DNA of 64,000 nucleotides from the human T2T-CHM13v2.0 reference genome, Homo sapiens: NCBI RefSeq assembly GCF_009914755.1, contig NC_060926.1; one strand, 5' to 3'. Shown piece by piece: positions 1 to 14,083 of this stretch (position 1 is its first letter; each line of letters starts with the position of its first letter). The notes under the pieces were generated by a model. It saw only the letters and a program-made list of their open reading frames with translations, ran no database searches and was not told where the DNA came from. The position numbers and the translations under genes were made by a program.

Positions 1-229
1 TCCAGCGAGCCATGTGAAAGCTCTGTGTCATTTCATACACAGGGTGGTATTTCTTTCTTAAACAATCACTCCAGACTCATTTCATCAGAGTTAGTTCCTC
101 CTTTCCAGGGACTCTGAAGATATTTTTCTGCTGTCTATGGGGAAAGAATGATGGAGAAGCCTGAACCCAAAGGTTCCCTCATTCATCCTTTGCCTTCAAC
201 CTTAAACCTTTTCTAAGGAGGCAGAAATT

Positions 230-470
230 CCTAGCGTGAAAAACATGGGATTTGGAACCCAATAGAGCACCAGGAATCCTATTTCCATCACTTACAAGAT
301 GTGTGAATATAGGCACATTATGTCCTTCTGGGGCCAGTTTTCACATATATAAAACAGAATACTACGACTACTTACTTCATGAGATTCTTGTGAGGATTGG
401 ATGAGATTGTGTATGTAAAACATCTAACATGGGTCCGGGGTCATGACACTTGCACAACAAATATTATTTC
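230..470 (+). mobile_element. MIR (SINE)
   Basis: MIR core-like: ...cagttttcacatatataaaacagaat...cttcatgagattcttgtgaggatt... Confidence 0.65.
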
Positions 471-950
471 CTTTGCTTCCACCTTCTACTCCTAGCTCTG
501 CCAGAATCTCCAACTATGTCAGTTACCTGAGCAGATTCACCTAGAGGAGTGAATCTACCAAATGTCCCGTTCTTATGGAAGCCTAAAAGCTCATAGAGAG
601 ACATTCCTGAGTTTTACTCCCAGGAAGGAGAAATGTTTGTACTGAACAATCCACTGTACTGTTTATCTGGCTTTTGTGTGTCCAAGGGCATGCATTTGAA
701 GACAATTGACCAAGATGAGGGGCACTATCTCTAGCTAGGACCAGGATAAAATGTGTGGTGAGGAGAACTTATGAATTTGTGTTTAGCTATGGAGCAAGGC
801 ACAGGCTAACCGGCCCTCTTACAGTCAAAGTTGGGATGCTAAAGAAAGACTCCAAGCAAACTTGCAGAGTCCACGAGCTCCTCTTTCTGACCCCCAGACT
901 CCCCTTTTTGGATCTTTATTTCTTTTAAGCCCTCAGCAAGCCCATGCCCT

Positions 951-1433
951 CTGAATTAGCTTCCCATGGCTGCTGCAACAAATTAACACACAATGGGAGA
1001 TTTCAAGAAACAGAAATTTGTTCTCTCACAATTCTAGAGCCCAGAAGTCCAAAGTCAAGGTGTCAGCTGGGCCTTCCCCCTTCCAGAGGCTGAAGGGGAG
1101 AAACCTTCCTTGCCTCTTCCAGCTTGTGGTGGCTGTCTGCATTCCCTAGCTTCCGTGGCTTGTGACCTCATCACTCCACTCTCTGCCTCTGTCTTCAAGT
1201 CACTTTCTCTTCTGTGTCTGCATCAATGTCTATTTCACTCTTATAAGGATACTTGCCATTCAATTTAGGGCCTACCTGGATAATCCAGGATGATTTCTTC
1301 ATCTCAAGATCTTTAACTTAATTATATTTGTAAAGATTCTTTTTCCAAATAATAGTCACAGTTCCAAGGATTAGGTTCCAGAGATTAAGACATGGACATA
1401 TCTTTTTGAAGGCACTGTGCAAGCCACTATACC
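951..1433 (-). mobile_element. MaLR solo LTR (MLT1B/C-like)
   Basis: gctgctgcaacaaatt...cagaaatttgttctctcacaattctagag...aagtccaaagtcaaggtgtcagc...ggataatccaggatga, the typical MLT1 reverse-complement sequence. Confidence 0.8.
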
Positions 1434-1454
1434 ACCTAAACCTTTTTATCTTTA

Positions 1455-1752
<298 letters not shown>

Positions 1753-2512
1753 TAACCCCTATTAGGGAGCTGACCAACTAATTCTGGCAATGTGAGTCCA
1801 TGTATTACTCTTCCCAGGGGTATTTGCACTAGAAATATCACAATAACCTAAAAGAAAAGGGCAATTATTAATTCAAAAGGAAAAATAGTCGCCAATAGTG
1901 CCATTTTAGGCATAGCAAGGAACTTTTTCTTTTTATCATTTTCTTCTCATCAGTGAGAAAACTTTTCCTGGAAAGCTCTCTCCAGAAAACTCTCCAACTC
2001 TCACTTCTCACTGTATAGTTTTGTATCATATGCTCATTCCTAAACTACTCTTAGGCACGGGGGATGCATTATACCTCCTATGACTGGCTTAGAGCCTTAG
2101 ACTGACCAGGAATTCACTCCAGCAGCTGAGAAAGTAGGGAGGACCCAGCCTCTGAGAAACATATAACTTCCCATCAATAATAGAACAAAACAAGGGAGTA
2201 GAGATTGGTGAGTGGTTTTTGGAAGGCAATCACCAGTGTCTGCACTCCATGTAAGTTATTTCCTTTCCCACTGGCCATTGGGTTGATCCTGCTATGTAGG
2301 CTGCTTCACCACATGGAACATACCTTGTTGGGAGCACTTGGCTGAAAGGCATAAAAAAATTGGACATTTCTGATGTGCAATCGTGATACTTCTGAAATGC
2401 AAGAGTCTGTGGGAGAAGGCATTTTTCAATATTCTTTCAAAAGACACCTACCTAATCATCAGAGAAATAGCCAAGGATGTCCACTCAGTATTTTTAAACT
2501 ACTGAGGTTTTA

Positions 2513-2680
2513 GGCCAGGCACAGTGGCTCATGCCTGTAATCCCAGCACTTCGGAAGGCCGAGGTGGAAGGATGGCTTGAGCTCAGGAGTTTGAGGCTAA
2601 AGTGAGCTATGATCGTGTCACTGCACTCCAGTCAGGGCAACAGAGTGAGACCCCAATCTCTAACAAACAAACATACAAAA
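2513..2680 (+). mobile_element. Alu monomer (FRAM-like)
   Basis: Single ~150-bp monomer with an A-rich tail, flanked by an actgaggttt/accgaggttt target-site duplication (TSD). Confidence 0.85.
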
Positions 2681-3341
2681 CCGAGGTTTCAAAGCACCAG
2701 GAAGAAAGTTCTTTTCAAAACTCAGAATGTCTCCTTAGAAAAATGTTTGCCTACTCAAATATCGCCTGAAGATGGGTTCTCAAAAATTTAGAGGAAAAAG
2801 TGTCAAGATATCTGGATTTAAATCAGCCTGGAGACTATATAGGGAAATTAGCCATATCTAACTCAGCCTGATTCTGAACCTGTGACCTGTAGGTAAAGGC
2901 TGAAACTTTTCCCTCCAGAGAAAATGTGAAAGCAGCAGTTTTCTTTGGGCAGCCCCTGCTTTTGAGTTAGCCAGGAACCCACCTCTCACTGGCACTACAC
3001 TCAGGAGGCTTACACGTGCATTTGATACTCTACCAGTTTTATTCTATGAGTTACTGCCTTAGATTATTCTTTTCTTGTTATTACCCTTGTCTTTCAAGTC
3101 TACCTCAGGTTTCTTCAAAGCACAAAGGCTCTGGGCATCTTACCCACTGAGCAGCACTGATAAGAGTATAGGTTTGGGCACTGGAGCATTGGGAGAAAAA
3201 CTATTGCTTCATTATGCAGTTGTACTGTAATGAGATGTATCTTATCTTACTCACGCCGTTATACCAGAGACCTGCAATTGGCTGGCAACCTACCAGCCAT
3301 GTCTGGCCTGCAATAATTTTTAACTTTTAAATTAGTTGCAT

Positions 3342-3536
3342 TCAATAGATACTGGGGACTGCTAGAGCAGAGCAAGGGTTGAAAAACTAACTATTGGCTA
3401 CTATGCTCACTACCTAGGTGATGGGATCAATCATACCCCAAACCTTAACATCATGCAGTATACCCGTGCAACAAACCTGCACATGTACTCCCTGAATCTA
3501 AAATAAAAGTTGAAATTATGTTTTTTAAAAATAAAA
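3342..3536 (+). mobile_element. 5'-truncated L1 3' end (L1PB-like)
   Basis: ...caaacctgcacatgtactccctgaatctaaaataaaagttg. 13-bp TSD AAATTAGTTGCAT at 3329-3341 and 3537-3549. Confidence 0.9.
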
Positions 3537-3599
3537 AAATTAGTTGCATATTAAACATTTAAAAATTTTAAAACAAAAAGAGGAAGGTTTGGATTTGAA

Positions 3600-4800
3600 T
3601 ATTTGTCCAATCCTTCCCACTCTCTCCTCTCCTTCCAGGACTCCAGTTACTTGTATATTAGGATGCTTAAGTTGTTCCACAGCTCATTGATGACCTTTTT
3701 ATTGAAATCTTTTTTTCTCTCTGTGTTTCATTTTGGATCATTTCTATTGCTGTATTCAAATTCACTGAATCTTTTCTTCTGTAATGTCTATGCCATTAAT
3801 CTCATCCAATGTGTTTTTCTTCCCAGATATTGTAGTGAATATCTCTAGATTTTTTACTTAGGTCTTTTAAATATATTTTGTCTCTATTTAGCCTTTTGAA
3901 CATTTGTAATTCAGTTATAATAACTTTTAATGCCCTTGTCTGCTAATTCTAACATCTGTGCCAGTTCTAGGTCAGTTTCAATAGATTGATCTTTCTCCTT
4001 ATTATGGGACATATTTTCTTGCTTCTTTGCATAATGTTAATTTTTGGTTGGATGCTGACATTGTGAATTTTAACTTGCAACACAATGGACATTTTTGTAT
4101 TCCCTTGAATATTCATGAGCCTTATTCTGGGGCATGGTTAAATTACGTGGAAATAGTTTGGTCCTTTTAGGTCTAGTTTTTTAAATTGTTAGGTACAGCT
4201 AGATCAGTGCTCAGTCTAGAGCTGATTATTCCCCACCACGAATGCAAGACCTTTCTAAATCTTCTAATCAATGCCTGTGAATCCTGAAGTTTCCTATTCT
4301 GGCTGGTGGAAAGAGATACTATTCTTGGCCCTGTGGGAGCAGCATACACTATTCTCTCTAATCCTGTCCCGTAGTTCTTTCCCAGGCTTCAGGTAGTCCC
4401 CCCAACTCCAACCCCCCATCCCATGCACTCATCAGTACACAGATGAATACTTGAGGGAACCCTCTTCACTTATACAGAGGAGCCCCTCTATGTGCTTCTC
4501 ACCTCTCTAGCGCTGTGTCATGAGGCTCTAGCATTGTGGTCTCCCCAGACTGTCAGCTCCGTCTCCTCAACTCAGCAATCTCCCAGGCTCTGCCTGGAGT
4601 CCCCCTCACTGCATGATAGCCTAGAAACCCTCTCAATGCATTAAGCTGAGTCACAGGACTCACCTTGTTTTCTATCTCTTCACTGTTGCCTGACATTAGC
4701 ATCTAGAAAAATCATTGTTTCACATATTTTGCCTTTTTTATGTTTGTTTCAGAGAGTAAACCCTATCTCTGTTAGTCTATCTTATTTAGAAGTGAAAGTT
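3600..4800 (-). mobile_element. Old L1 (L1M/HAL1-like) 5'/ORF1 region
   Basis: T-rich degenerate sequence resembling reverse-complement L1M ORF1 and 5'UTR. Confidence 0.6.
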
Positions 4801-5839
4801 TTTCTCATTCTTTTAAAATTTCATTTTAATTTTTATTTTGCATGTAAAATAAATAGTACATGTATGGTAGTACCTGTAAAAAAAGTTATTAAGAATTAAA
4901 TCTACATAGGCTGGGGGCATCCAGTTCTGGAAGATGGAGTAAGCAGCTAGGAACCTAAACAGAATGCTTAGAGAAGCCATCCAAAGGCTCTGAAAAGTAA
5001 ATGATAACAGACATACAAGGGAAAGAAACCAAAATTTGAAGTACTAATGAGTTGGTGGCGATTTTTATTTTTTTCTCTTCCATGTCTCCCAGCCTGGACT
5101 CAAACAAAGACCAAGAACTGTGGGCCCTGAGAAAAGCTTTTCTTTCTGGTCTGAAGAGCAGGAAGAGGGCCCCTGCGGGATACAGAGATTTGGAGGGAAT
5201 CTCCTCCCTCATTTTAACTTTCTCTCCCATCTCAGCCCCAGGTGAGCCCCAGATACAAAATCACAATCGTGTGATGGCAGTGGCTGCCAACAGACACATA
5301 AAACCCAGAGAGAGAGGAATGCTTCTCTCTAATCATTGGAACTGTGATCCTAAAAATGTAGAGCAAATCCCAGGTGCTTTTTTCTCTATTTATCCTCCTG
5401 CTGCTTTTCCCCGGAGGTAGACTTAGTTGTAGGAAACAAATTGGAGAGCAAAGAGACTAAAGCCCTAGATTTCCATCAGAAGACCAGGAAGGGAGATGTG
5501 TTTAATATATATTTAAGATAACTGAAATAATACCAGGTTTACCGAATAATACCAAATGGAATTAAAGTAGCGCTCAACAACAGAAAGACATCTGAAAAAT
5601 CCCCCAAAACTTAGACATCTAAATAATGCTTATAAATAACCTATAGATCAAAGAGGAAATATCAAGGGAAATTATAAAGTATTTTGAACTAAATGAAAAT
5701 GATGTAACTAAAGCAATGCTTAGAGGGAAAGTTTTAGCACTAAATGCTTAAATGAGAAAATAAGAATAGAAAGAAAACTATAGACTGATAATCTGTCATG
5801 GTATAGATGCAAAAATTCTTTTAAAAATGTAGCAAATCT

Positions 5840-6141
5840 GGCCAGACACAGTGGCTCATACCTGTAATCCTAGCACTTTGGGAGGCCAAGGTGGGTGGAT
5901 CACTTGAGCTCAGGAGTTCAAGAGCAGCCTGGGGAACACGGTGAAACACCGTCTGTACAAAAAATTATCCGGGCCTGGTGGTGCACACCTGTAGTCCTAG
6001 CTACCCAGAAGGCTGAGGTGGGAGGATCACCTAAGCCCGGAAGTTCAAGGCTGCAATGAGCCATGATCACGCCACTGCACTCTAGCCTAGATGAATAGAG
6101 TAAGACACTGAAAAAAAAAAAAGAAAAAGAAAGAAAGAAAA
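5840..6141 (+). mobile_element. Alu (AluJ-like)
   Basis: Full dimer with A tail. TSD-like aaaaatgtagcaaatc / aaaaattagcaagtc. Confidence 0.95.
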
Positions 6142-6334
6142 ATTAGCAAGTCAAATACAGCAATATATAAAAACAATAATAAAAACCAAGTGGAATTAAT
6201 TTTTGGAAGACAAGGCTGGTTCAACATTTTAAAATCAGTCACTGTAATCCACCATATTAATGTCTGAAGAAAAAAATGTTTGTACAAAAAGGTACAGAAA
6301 AAGCATTTGACAAATTTCAACATACATTCATGAC

Positions 6335-6457
6335 AATAGTTTTTTTGGTATAATTATGTCTCATGGAATGTTTTGGACATAATTATGCTAAAAATTATTC
6401 CTTGTTTATCTGAAATTCAAATTTAGCTGGATAGCATGTATATTGTCTGGGAACCAT
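6335..6457 (+). mobile_element. MER53 MITE, partial
   Basis: ggacataattatgctaaaaattattccttgtttatctgaaattcaaatttagctgg...tctgggaacc matches the centre and right arm of MER53. Confidence 0.75.
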
Positions 6458-8513
6458 ATAAGATCCAAAATGATTTTATAGACTTGATGAATAAGAATCA
6501 AAATATTAGCAGGATTTTTTAAAACATAAGCAAGCTGATTCTAAAATGTATATGAAAAGGCAAAGGACATAGAATAAACAAAACAATTTGAAAAAGAAGA
6601 ATAGAGTTAGCTCACCCTAACCATTTTAAAACTTAGTCTAAAGCGAAGTATAATAATTTTAAGACCCTGTGGTATTGATGAAACTATACACACAATGATC
6701 AATGGAACAAAATAGGCAATCCAGGAATAGATCCACAAAAATATGATCAATTGATTTTTGAAGATAGATTTTTTTATTGAGATAAAATTGACATAAAATA
6801 CATCATTTTAACCATTTTAAAGTACAAAATTGACAATTTTTGAAAAAGGTATTAAGGCAATTCAATGGATAAAGAATAATCTTTTCAACAAATGGAACAA
6901 CTGAACATCCATATGCAAAAAAATGAACCTTAAGCTATATATCAGAGTATAATCTATAGAAAAATTAACCTCAAATGGATCATAGATCTAAATGCAAAAC
7001 TAGAAACTAACATGTTTATTTTAAAACATATGTTTTTGATAATGTTTAGCTATGACATCAAAATCCAATTCATAAAAGCAAAAAAAGATAAATTAGACTT
7101 AATCAAAATTAATTTTTTTTTGGCTAAAAACATTGTTAAGTATTTAAGAATTAAAAGAACAAGCTGTAAACTGGGATCAAATATTAGCAAATTGTATATC
7201 CAACACAGGATTTGTATCCAGAATATGTAAATAACTTTCAAAACAATAATAAGAAAACAACAATACAATTTTAAAAATAGGCAAAATATGCGAATGAACA
7301 TTTCAACAAAGAAGTTACGCAGATGGCAGATAAAGATATGAAAAGTTGCTCAAAATCATTAGCCATTAGGGAAATGAAAATTCAGACCACAATAAGGTAC
7401 TACTCCACACCTATTCGAATGACTATAATTCAAACACCGCCCTCACCACCAACACCAAACGAGAACACCAAGTACTAGTGAGGAAGCAGAGCAGCTGCAA
7501 GAAATTCTCCCACATTGCTGGTGGAAATGCAAAATGCAGACACTCTGAAATCTGTGTGGCAGATTCTTATAAAGTTTAACATGTACTTACAATATAACCC
7601 TGCCATCCCACTCCTAGATGTTTGCCCTAGAGAAATGAAAACTTGATGCTTACAGAAAAACTTGTACATGAATGTCTATAGCAGCTTTATTCATAATCAA
7701 CCAAAACTGGAAATGCATTAAATGCCCCTCAATGACTGAATGGCGAAGTAAATTGTAATGCATTCATTCAATGAATCATACTCAGCAACAAAAAGGAACA
7801 AAGTATTGATATGATCAATGACATGGATGAAGCTCAAAGACATTTTGCTAAGTTTAGTCTCAAAGGTTTCTGAAAGAAACAAGTCTCAAAGGTTACCTAT
7901 GGTACAATTCCATTTATAAGATATTCTGGAAAAGGTAATACTACAGAGATGATGAACTAATCAGTGGTTGCCAGAGGTTAGGTGCTGGAGACAGAGTTTC
8001 ACTACAAACTGGTAACATGAGAGAATTTGGGGAGGAGGTAATGGAACTGTTCTGTATTGATTGGTGCTTGCACAGATCTATATATATTAAAGCTCAGAGA
8101 ACTGTACACACACAAAAATTAATTTTACTCTTTGTAAATAAAAGAAAAAGATGATGCAAAAGATGTTTGGTCTTTGGATGCCTTTGGTAACAAAAAGAGA
8201 AAAACAAAGTTTGGAACTGGGACAGGCTCCTTATTTTACAATTGGAGAAACTTCAGCCAAAGAATGAAAGTAACTTAATCAAGGTCAAAAGAATTAACAA
8301 GCAAATACAGGAGTAGATTTTCTTTCTGGAAATATTTCTCATCCCTGTCCCTGACCCAGGCCCATTCTGGCAAGTTTAACTTAGCGTCTATTTTTCTTTA
8401 GGGAATATTCTAAGTTCAGAGTTTCTGTGGAAGACAGAACAGAATCATGTGCAAATTAAAACAAAAGAAATATAAATGCTATATATATAAATATGCTCAC
8501 ATGCATATAAAAG

Positions 8514-9196
<683 letters not shown>

Positions 9197-9653
9197 AAAA
9201 GATACATGTGTATCTCCTGTTTTGCAGATTGTGAAGTTGGCACGAGCCCAGCTCATAATGGATAGACCTATGGCTGACTATGAGAAAAGGTGTCTGAAGG
9301 ATGGCCCAGATAGCAAAACAAATAAGCCAGTAAGCAAACAAATGGGGGAGCCCTGGAGTTGGACCGCCTGTCTATAAATCCAGGCTCTGCTACCTACTCG
9401 ATGTGGGATGATCCTGTGGACATTGCTTAGTTTTTTACCACCTTACTGGGTTCATTTATAAAAGGTATCCTAATGTAAAGTACTACAGGAGATTAAAACA
9501 AAAAACTCACCAGCAACTATAGTAGTATGCCAGTACTTTCTCATCATGGATTACATAAGATGATAGTATGTGACAAAAATGTGCATCTTAGAATTGGAGA
9601 AATATGGTAATATATATTTCGTTTGGCTTTTCTGATGATTAAAGAGTTGTTAA

Positions 9654-9956
9654 GGCCAGGTGCAGTGGCTTGCATCTGTGATCCTGGCACCTCAGGAGGC
9701 CGAGGTGGGAAGATAGCTTGAGCCTAGGAGTTCAAGACCAGCCTGGGAAACATAATGAAAGCCTGTCTCTATCAAAAATATATATATATTATTATTTTTT
9801 AATTAACCAGGCATGGTGGTGTTGGTTCCACGTACTCAGGAGGCTGAAGTGGGAGGATCACTTAAACATGGGAGGTCGAGGCTACAGTGAGCTGTGATTG
9901 CACCACTGCCCTCCAGTCTGGGTGACAGAATGAGATTCTGTTTCAAAAAAAAAAAA
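9654..9956 (+). mobile_element. Alu (AluJ-like)
   Basis: Full dimer with an (AT)n-expanded linker. Confidence 0.93.
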
Positions 9957-9962
9957 TTGTTA

Positions 9963-10391
<429 letters not shown>

Positions 10392-10763
10392 GTTAAATAT
10401 TGATTTCTGGCACATAGTTCTCAACCAATAGTTGTTAGCTTTTATCACCGTTGTTACTACTACTACCATTTTAAGAAATGAATAACAAAACTTGTAATAA
10501 GTTGTAAAATGCTCCTCACACTCTGCCCTCCTACTGCATATCTTACCCACTTTGCTGTTGAATTTTCAAGCCCTGGTTCCTGCAAACATGAATGTATGGA
10601 TGTCACCAGAAAAAAAACAAGAGAAACATTGACCACTTCTCAGTTCTTGTTAGAGGAAAACCACAATGACACATTAAATGTTGTGGCAGCAGGGTCAGTT
10701 CTGGCATGCACATGATGGTTCTCACAGGATGACTGAATTGGGGCAGGAACTGAGCGATGTTTA

Positions 10764-10936
10764 CCTGGGTCGCTGTGCAGCGCACCAGCTGGAGCAGCAG
10801 CCTTTGCCTGGCGGGGTGTGGGGGCTTCCTTGGAGACTCAGATTCCAGGGAATTATAAAACACACTCACCGGCTCATTTCACACATAAAGTGGACAAGGT
10901 TGGTCATAGGAGGGAAGCCTTGTCTGGGGATCTGGA
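10764..10936 (+). repeat. 173-bp local duplication, copy 1
   Basis: Ungapped match to 12892-13064 with 7 mismatches counted by eye. Confidence 0.95.
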
Positions 10937-12891
10937 TCAATCCTTCACTGAAGGACAGGGGATGAGGGCCATGTCCAGGGTGATAAGAACATGGACCTAC
11001 GCTGCGGCTCTGGGTCTGCCACTTGCCAGCCCTGGCACTTCAGGCATGTGGCTCAAGGTCATTTCAGTCTCACTTTCTTCTCTGTGGAAACAGAGAAAAA
11101 TAACTACTCCTTTACCGCACTGAGAGATACATACCTTAGGGTTCCAGTGGGTCAAATGGCTGGAAAACCATGGCTGCAAAGGGAAAGGCACTTAACCACA
11201 TTGTTTCCCTATATTTCATTTATATCATCATTCAAGTTCTTTGACTCTTTCCATGCAGTTCTACATCTCGCTGTCAGAAGGAACAGTGTATAGGGGGATA
11301 CCCAGATCTGGTCCTGGAGCCAAACTTAGTGGGACGCTGGGTGCAGGGCAAATCCCTTTGTGTGCCCTGACTCTTCACACCAAAACCCCATTATCCAGGA
11401 ACCACCGTGGGGGAAAGGGGAAGCTGTAGGTCCTAGAGCTAAAAGAATTAAGAATGAAATGTTCCATAGGGACGGTGTATATAACAGAAACTATTATTTT
11501 CTGAGATGCAGTTGTGCCAGCTACTGTACTTACTGGTAATTAGTGGTTACAACCCCCTATTGCATTTGAATAAATGCAGGCTCATCGAGAGGCAGGTGAT
11601 TTTCCTAAGATCCTAGAGCTTCCCAGATGGATTCCTCCTGCACACTACACTGTGCTGTAGGGACGGGCACCCCATAAGAGCCATCCGGATTGCACAGGTG
11701 ACAGTGCTGGGGAGTCTTCATGAGAACCACTGGGCAGCTAAGCACTAGCTAAGAATTCTTTCTTCCTTTCTCTTTTATTTAACAAATGTTTATTGGAGCC
11801 TAGGAAGACCTCCACTCCCTAAAAATACTCCATGGAATCTGAAGCACAGTCCCTGATTCAGGAAGTTTGCACAGTAGTGGGAAAGGCCATGAGTGAACCT
11901 GGGTTTCATGGGACCTGAAGCTTAAGCAATTTGGAGAGCCCTCTTTTGGAAAAAGAACACCAAATTAGAAAGTGGGGCTTGGAGGGAGCACAGCAAATGA
12001 AGGGCCCTAAAGCTTAAGCCTTATGAGCACCACTGTAATTCTGCTTTTTGGGAAACAAGCAAGTAGAACAGTGATGACAATAAAATGTAGTGTGGGCTGA
12101 TGAGAGATCAGGAGAGTCACTTAGAAGAAATGCCTTCTAAGGTGAGGCCCACAGAATGGGCCAGGGAGTCCTGGGAGAGGGAATAATAGGGACAGGATGC
12201 AGGCAAGGAAGAGGAGCTGGCATGGTTTTCAGGGAGTGAGGACAGCATCGTTTTCTCCTTCCTTTCCTAGATCAGGAAGCACCTGGGATGGTCCCAAAGT
12301 GCAGAGCCTTGAGCTGCCACACCCTAGAGGTTAACAGGACCCTTTCATCCGCAGGGCTGTCACCTTTTCTCCAAGCTCCCTGAGACATCTCAGGCCCTAG
12401 GAGAAGGCTTCCATACTTGGTTCTCACGCTCCAGGAAGAACACCAACCTGCTTTGAGGTCCCTGGCCTTCTTTCCTGGTTAGCTTACATTTGCATTTGCA
12501 AGAACAAAATGAGCCAGAAAAGCTTCCTTTGTCAGAAGTTAACCCTGAGGTCTAACAGGCTCAGAGAAAGGGAAGACAGGGGAGAGGCAGAGGGAGAGAG
12601 ATATAGGGAAAAGACTAACCGTCAATAGGAAATCCTTCAGTGAGGCAAAAGCTTGAGCGACATCTACCCTAACCCAAAGGTGGGGTAAAGTTTGTGCCCC
12701 TCTGAAAGCATTCAGCAAGGTGTCCAAGGGGCTGTTAAGGCCCCTTAGGGGGCAGTGTGGGCTTTGTTTCCCCTTGTGCAGAACAGTGCCTTGCCTGTTG
12801 AATTCTGATGCCAATGCACTCACCTCTTCACCTCCCCAGCCCCCAGGCCAGGTCAGCAGCTAAGAGCGGATGGAAGGTCCTGATGTCTGAG

Positions 12892-13064
12892 CCTGGGTCT
12901 CTGTGCAGCGCACCAGCTGGAGCAGTGGCCTTTGCCTGGCGGGGTGGGGGGGCTTCCTTGGAGACTCAGACTCCAGGGAATTATAAAACACACTCACCAG
13001 CTCATTTCACATATAAAGTGGACAAGGTTGGTCATAGGAGGGAAGCCTTGTCTGGGGATCTGGA
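12892..13064 (+). repeat. 173-bp local duplication, copy 2
   Basis: Ungapped match to 10764-10936. Confidence 0.95.
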
Positions 13065-13709
13065 GAACCAGGCTCTCCTCTTGGATCTGATGCACTTGAG
13101 TCCTTTACTTTCTCTGAGTTCTAGTAGCCCCGTCTTTAAAATGGGAATAATACTTGCCCTGCACTGTGGTTGAGAAGAGGGGAAAAAGGAGGGATGGATA
13201 TAAAAGCTCCCTAAAAAGTTCAAAGTACAGACCATCATGACATCTGAAGCCTGTGCCAGGTGACTCGCTCATCAGCCTTCACTGCATTGCAGCAACTCTA
13301 AGGTCACCTGCACGGAGGACACTGACCACGTTTCATTTGTGGGTTGGGAATGGACCTCCTCCCACTCCCAGGAAAGAGTCGGGGATGACTCCCACCATGC
13401 CACAACTCACACCAGAGATGAGGGCAACTTGGCATTTTAATGGGCAGAAGGAGAGAAGCTGGAAGAGAATGTCCTCTCTAGACACACCTAGCCCAGTGCA
13501 TGGCCTCCTCTTCATCACACCTCATCGTCCTTATCTTGGCCCACACCTGCACCTGTGTCTCTTTCACTTGCACCACAGAGTCCTCATAGCCTTTTTTATA
13601 CGGAATAAGATGGGGAAAGGGAGAGGAAAATGGAGAGGGGTTCAATTCTGCACTGAGGGTTAACCCAAACAGATCATCCTTATCTCCAGCAAAGGATGAA
13701 AGGACCCAG

Positions 13710-14083
13710 TGGGAGACGTTGCTCACTGCTCACCAAAAAGCCAGGCTCTCCTCTTCTTCCTGGGCACACTACAGGGCTGTGCTTCCCAGCCTCCCTGGCA
13801 ATTATATGTGACCATGTGACTAAGTCCTAGCCAATGGGATGCGAGTGACCTGGCCCATAACACCCTCCCAGACTTGCTCCCCAGTAATCTGTTCTCTATC
13901 TGGATGGCTCCACTGGTGACAACCTTCAGGGTGACTGTGGAAGCCTGAGGACAGGGCCACCCTTTTGATTTGTTGACCTACCCAATACTGTTACATGAGC
14001 ATGAAGTAAATGACTACTGTGTTTGAGCTTTTATGCATTTGGGGATCTACGTGTTAGAGCAGTCAGCCTACCCTAATTCATAC
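13710..14083 (+). mobile_element. MaLR solo LTR (old MLT1-like)
   Basis: ttcccagcctccctggcaatta...gaccatgtgactaagtcctagccaatggga...cctaccctaattcataca. Confidence 0.7.

Larger units (their letters stand above)
4915..8145 (+). mobile_element. Old L1 (L1M-type): 5' fragment, deleted ORF2 and 3'UTR, interrupted by Alu and MER53
   Basis: ORF2-like remnants (ggaattaaagtag..., gaaaaagcatttgacaaatttcaacat, cattgctggtggaaatgcaaaatg) and an L1M 3'UTR (atcagtggttgccagagg...gaactgtacac). Confidence 0.8.

Noticed and set aside
12741-12756. CTCF-like CCCTTAGGGGGCAG
   Set aside because: Two core mismatches; too weak to call without ChIP data.
10764-13064. Direct repeats read as LTRs of a 2.3-kb retroelement or as a CRISPR-like array
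   Set aside because: No TG...CA termini, primer-binding site, polypurine tract or TSD. The interior contains much older MIR/L2-type remnants, there are only two copies, and the DNA is eukaryotic.
10818-13173. Similar ORFs sharing ASLETQ.PGNYKTHSPAHFT.KVDKVGHRREALSGDL
   Set aside because: The similarity reflects the DNA duplication; there is no ATG/splice context or domain evidence.
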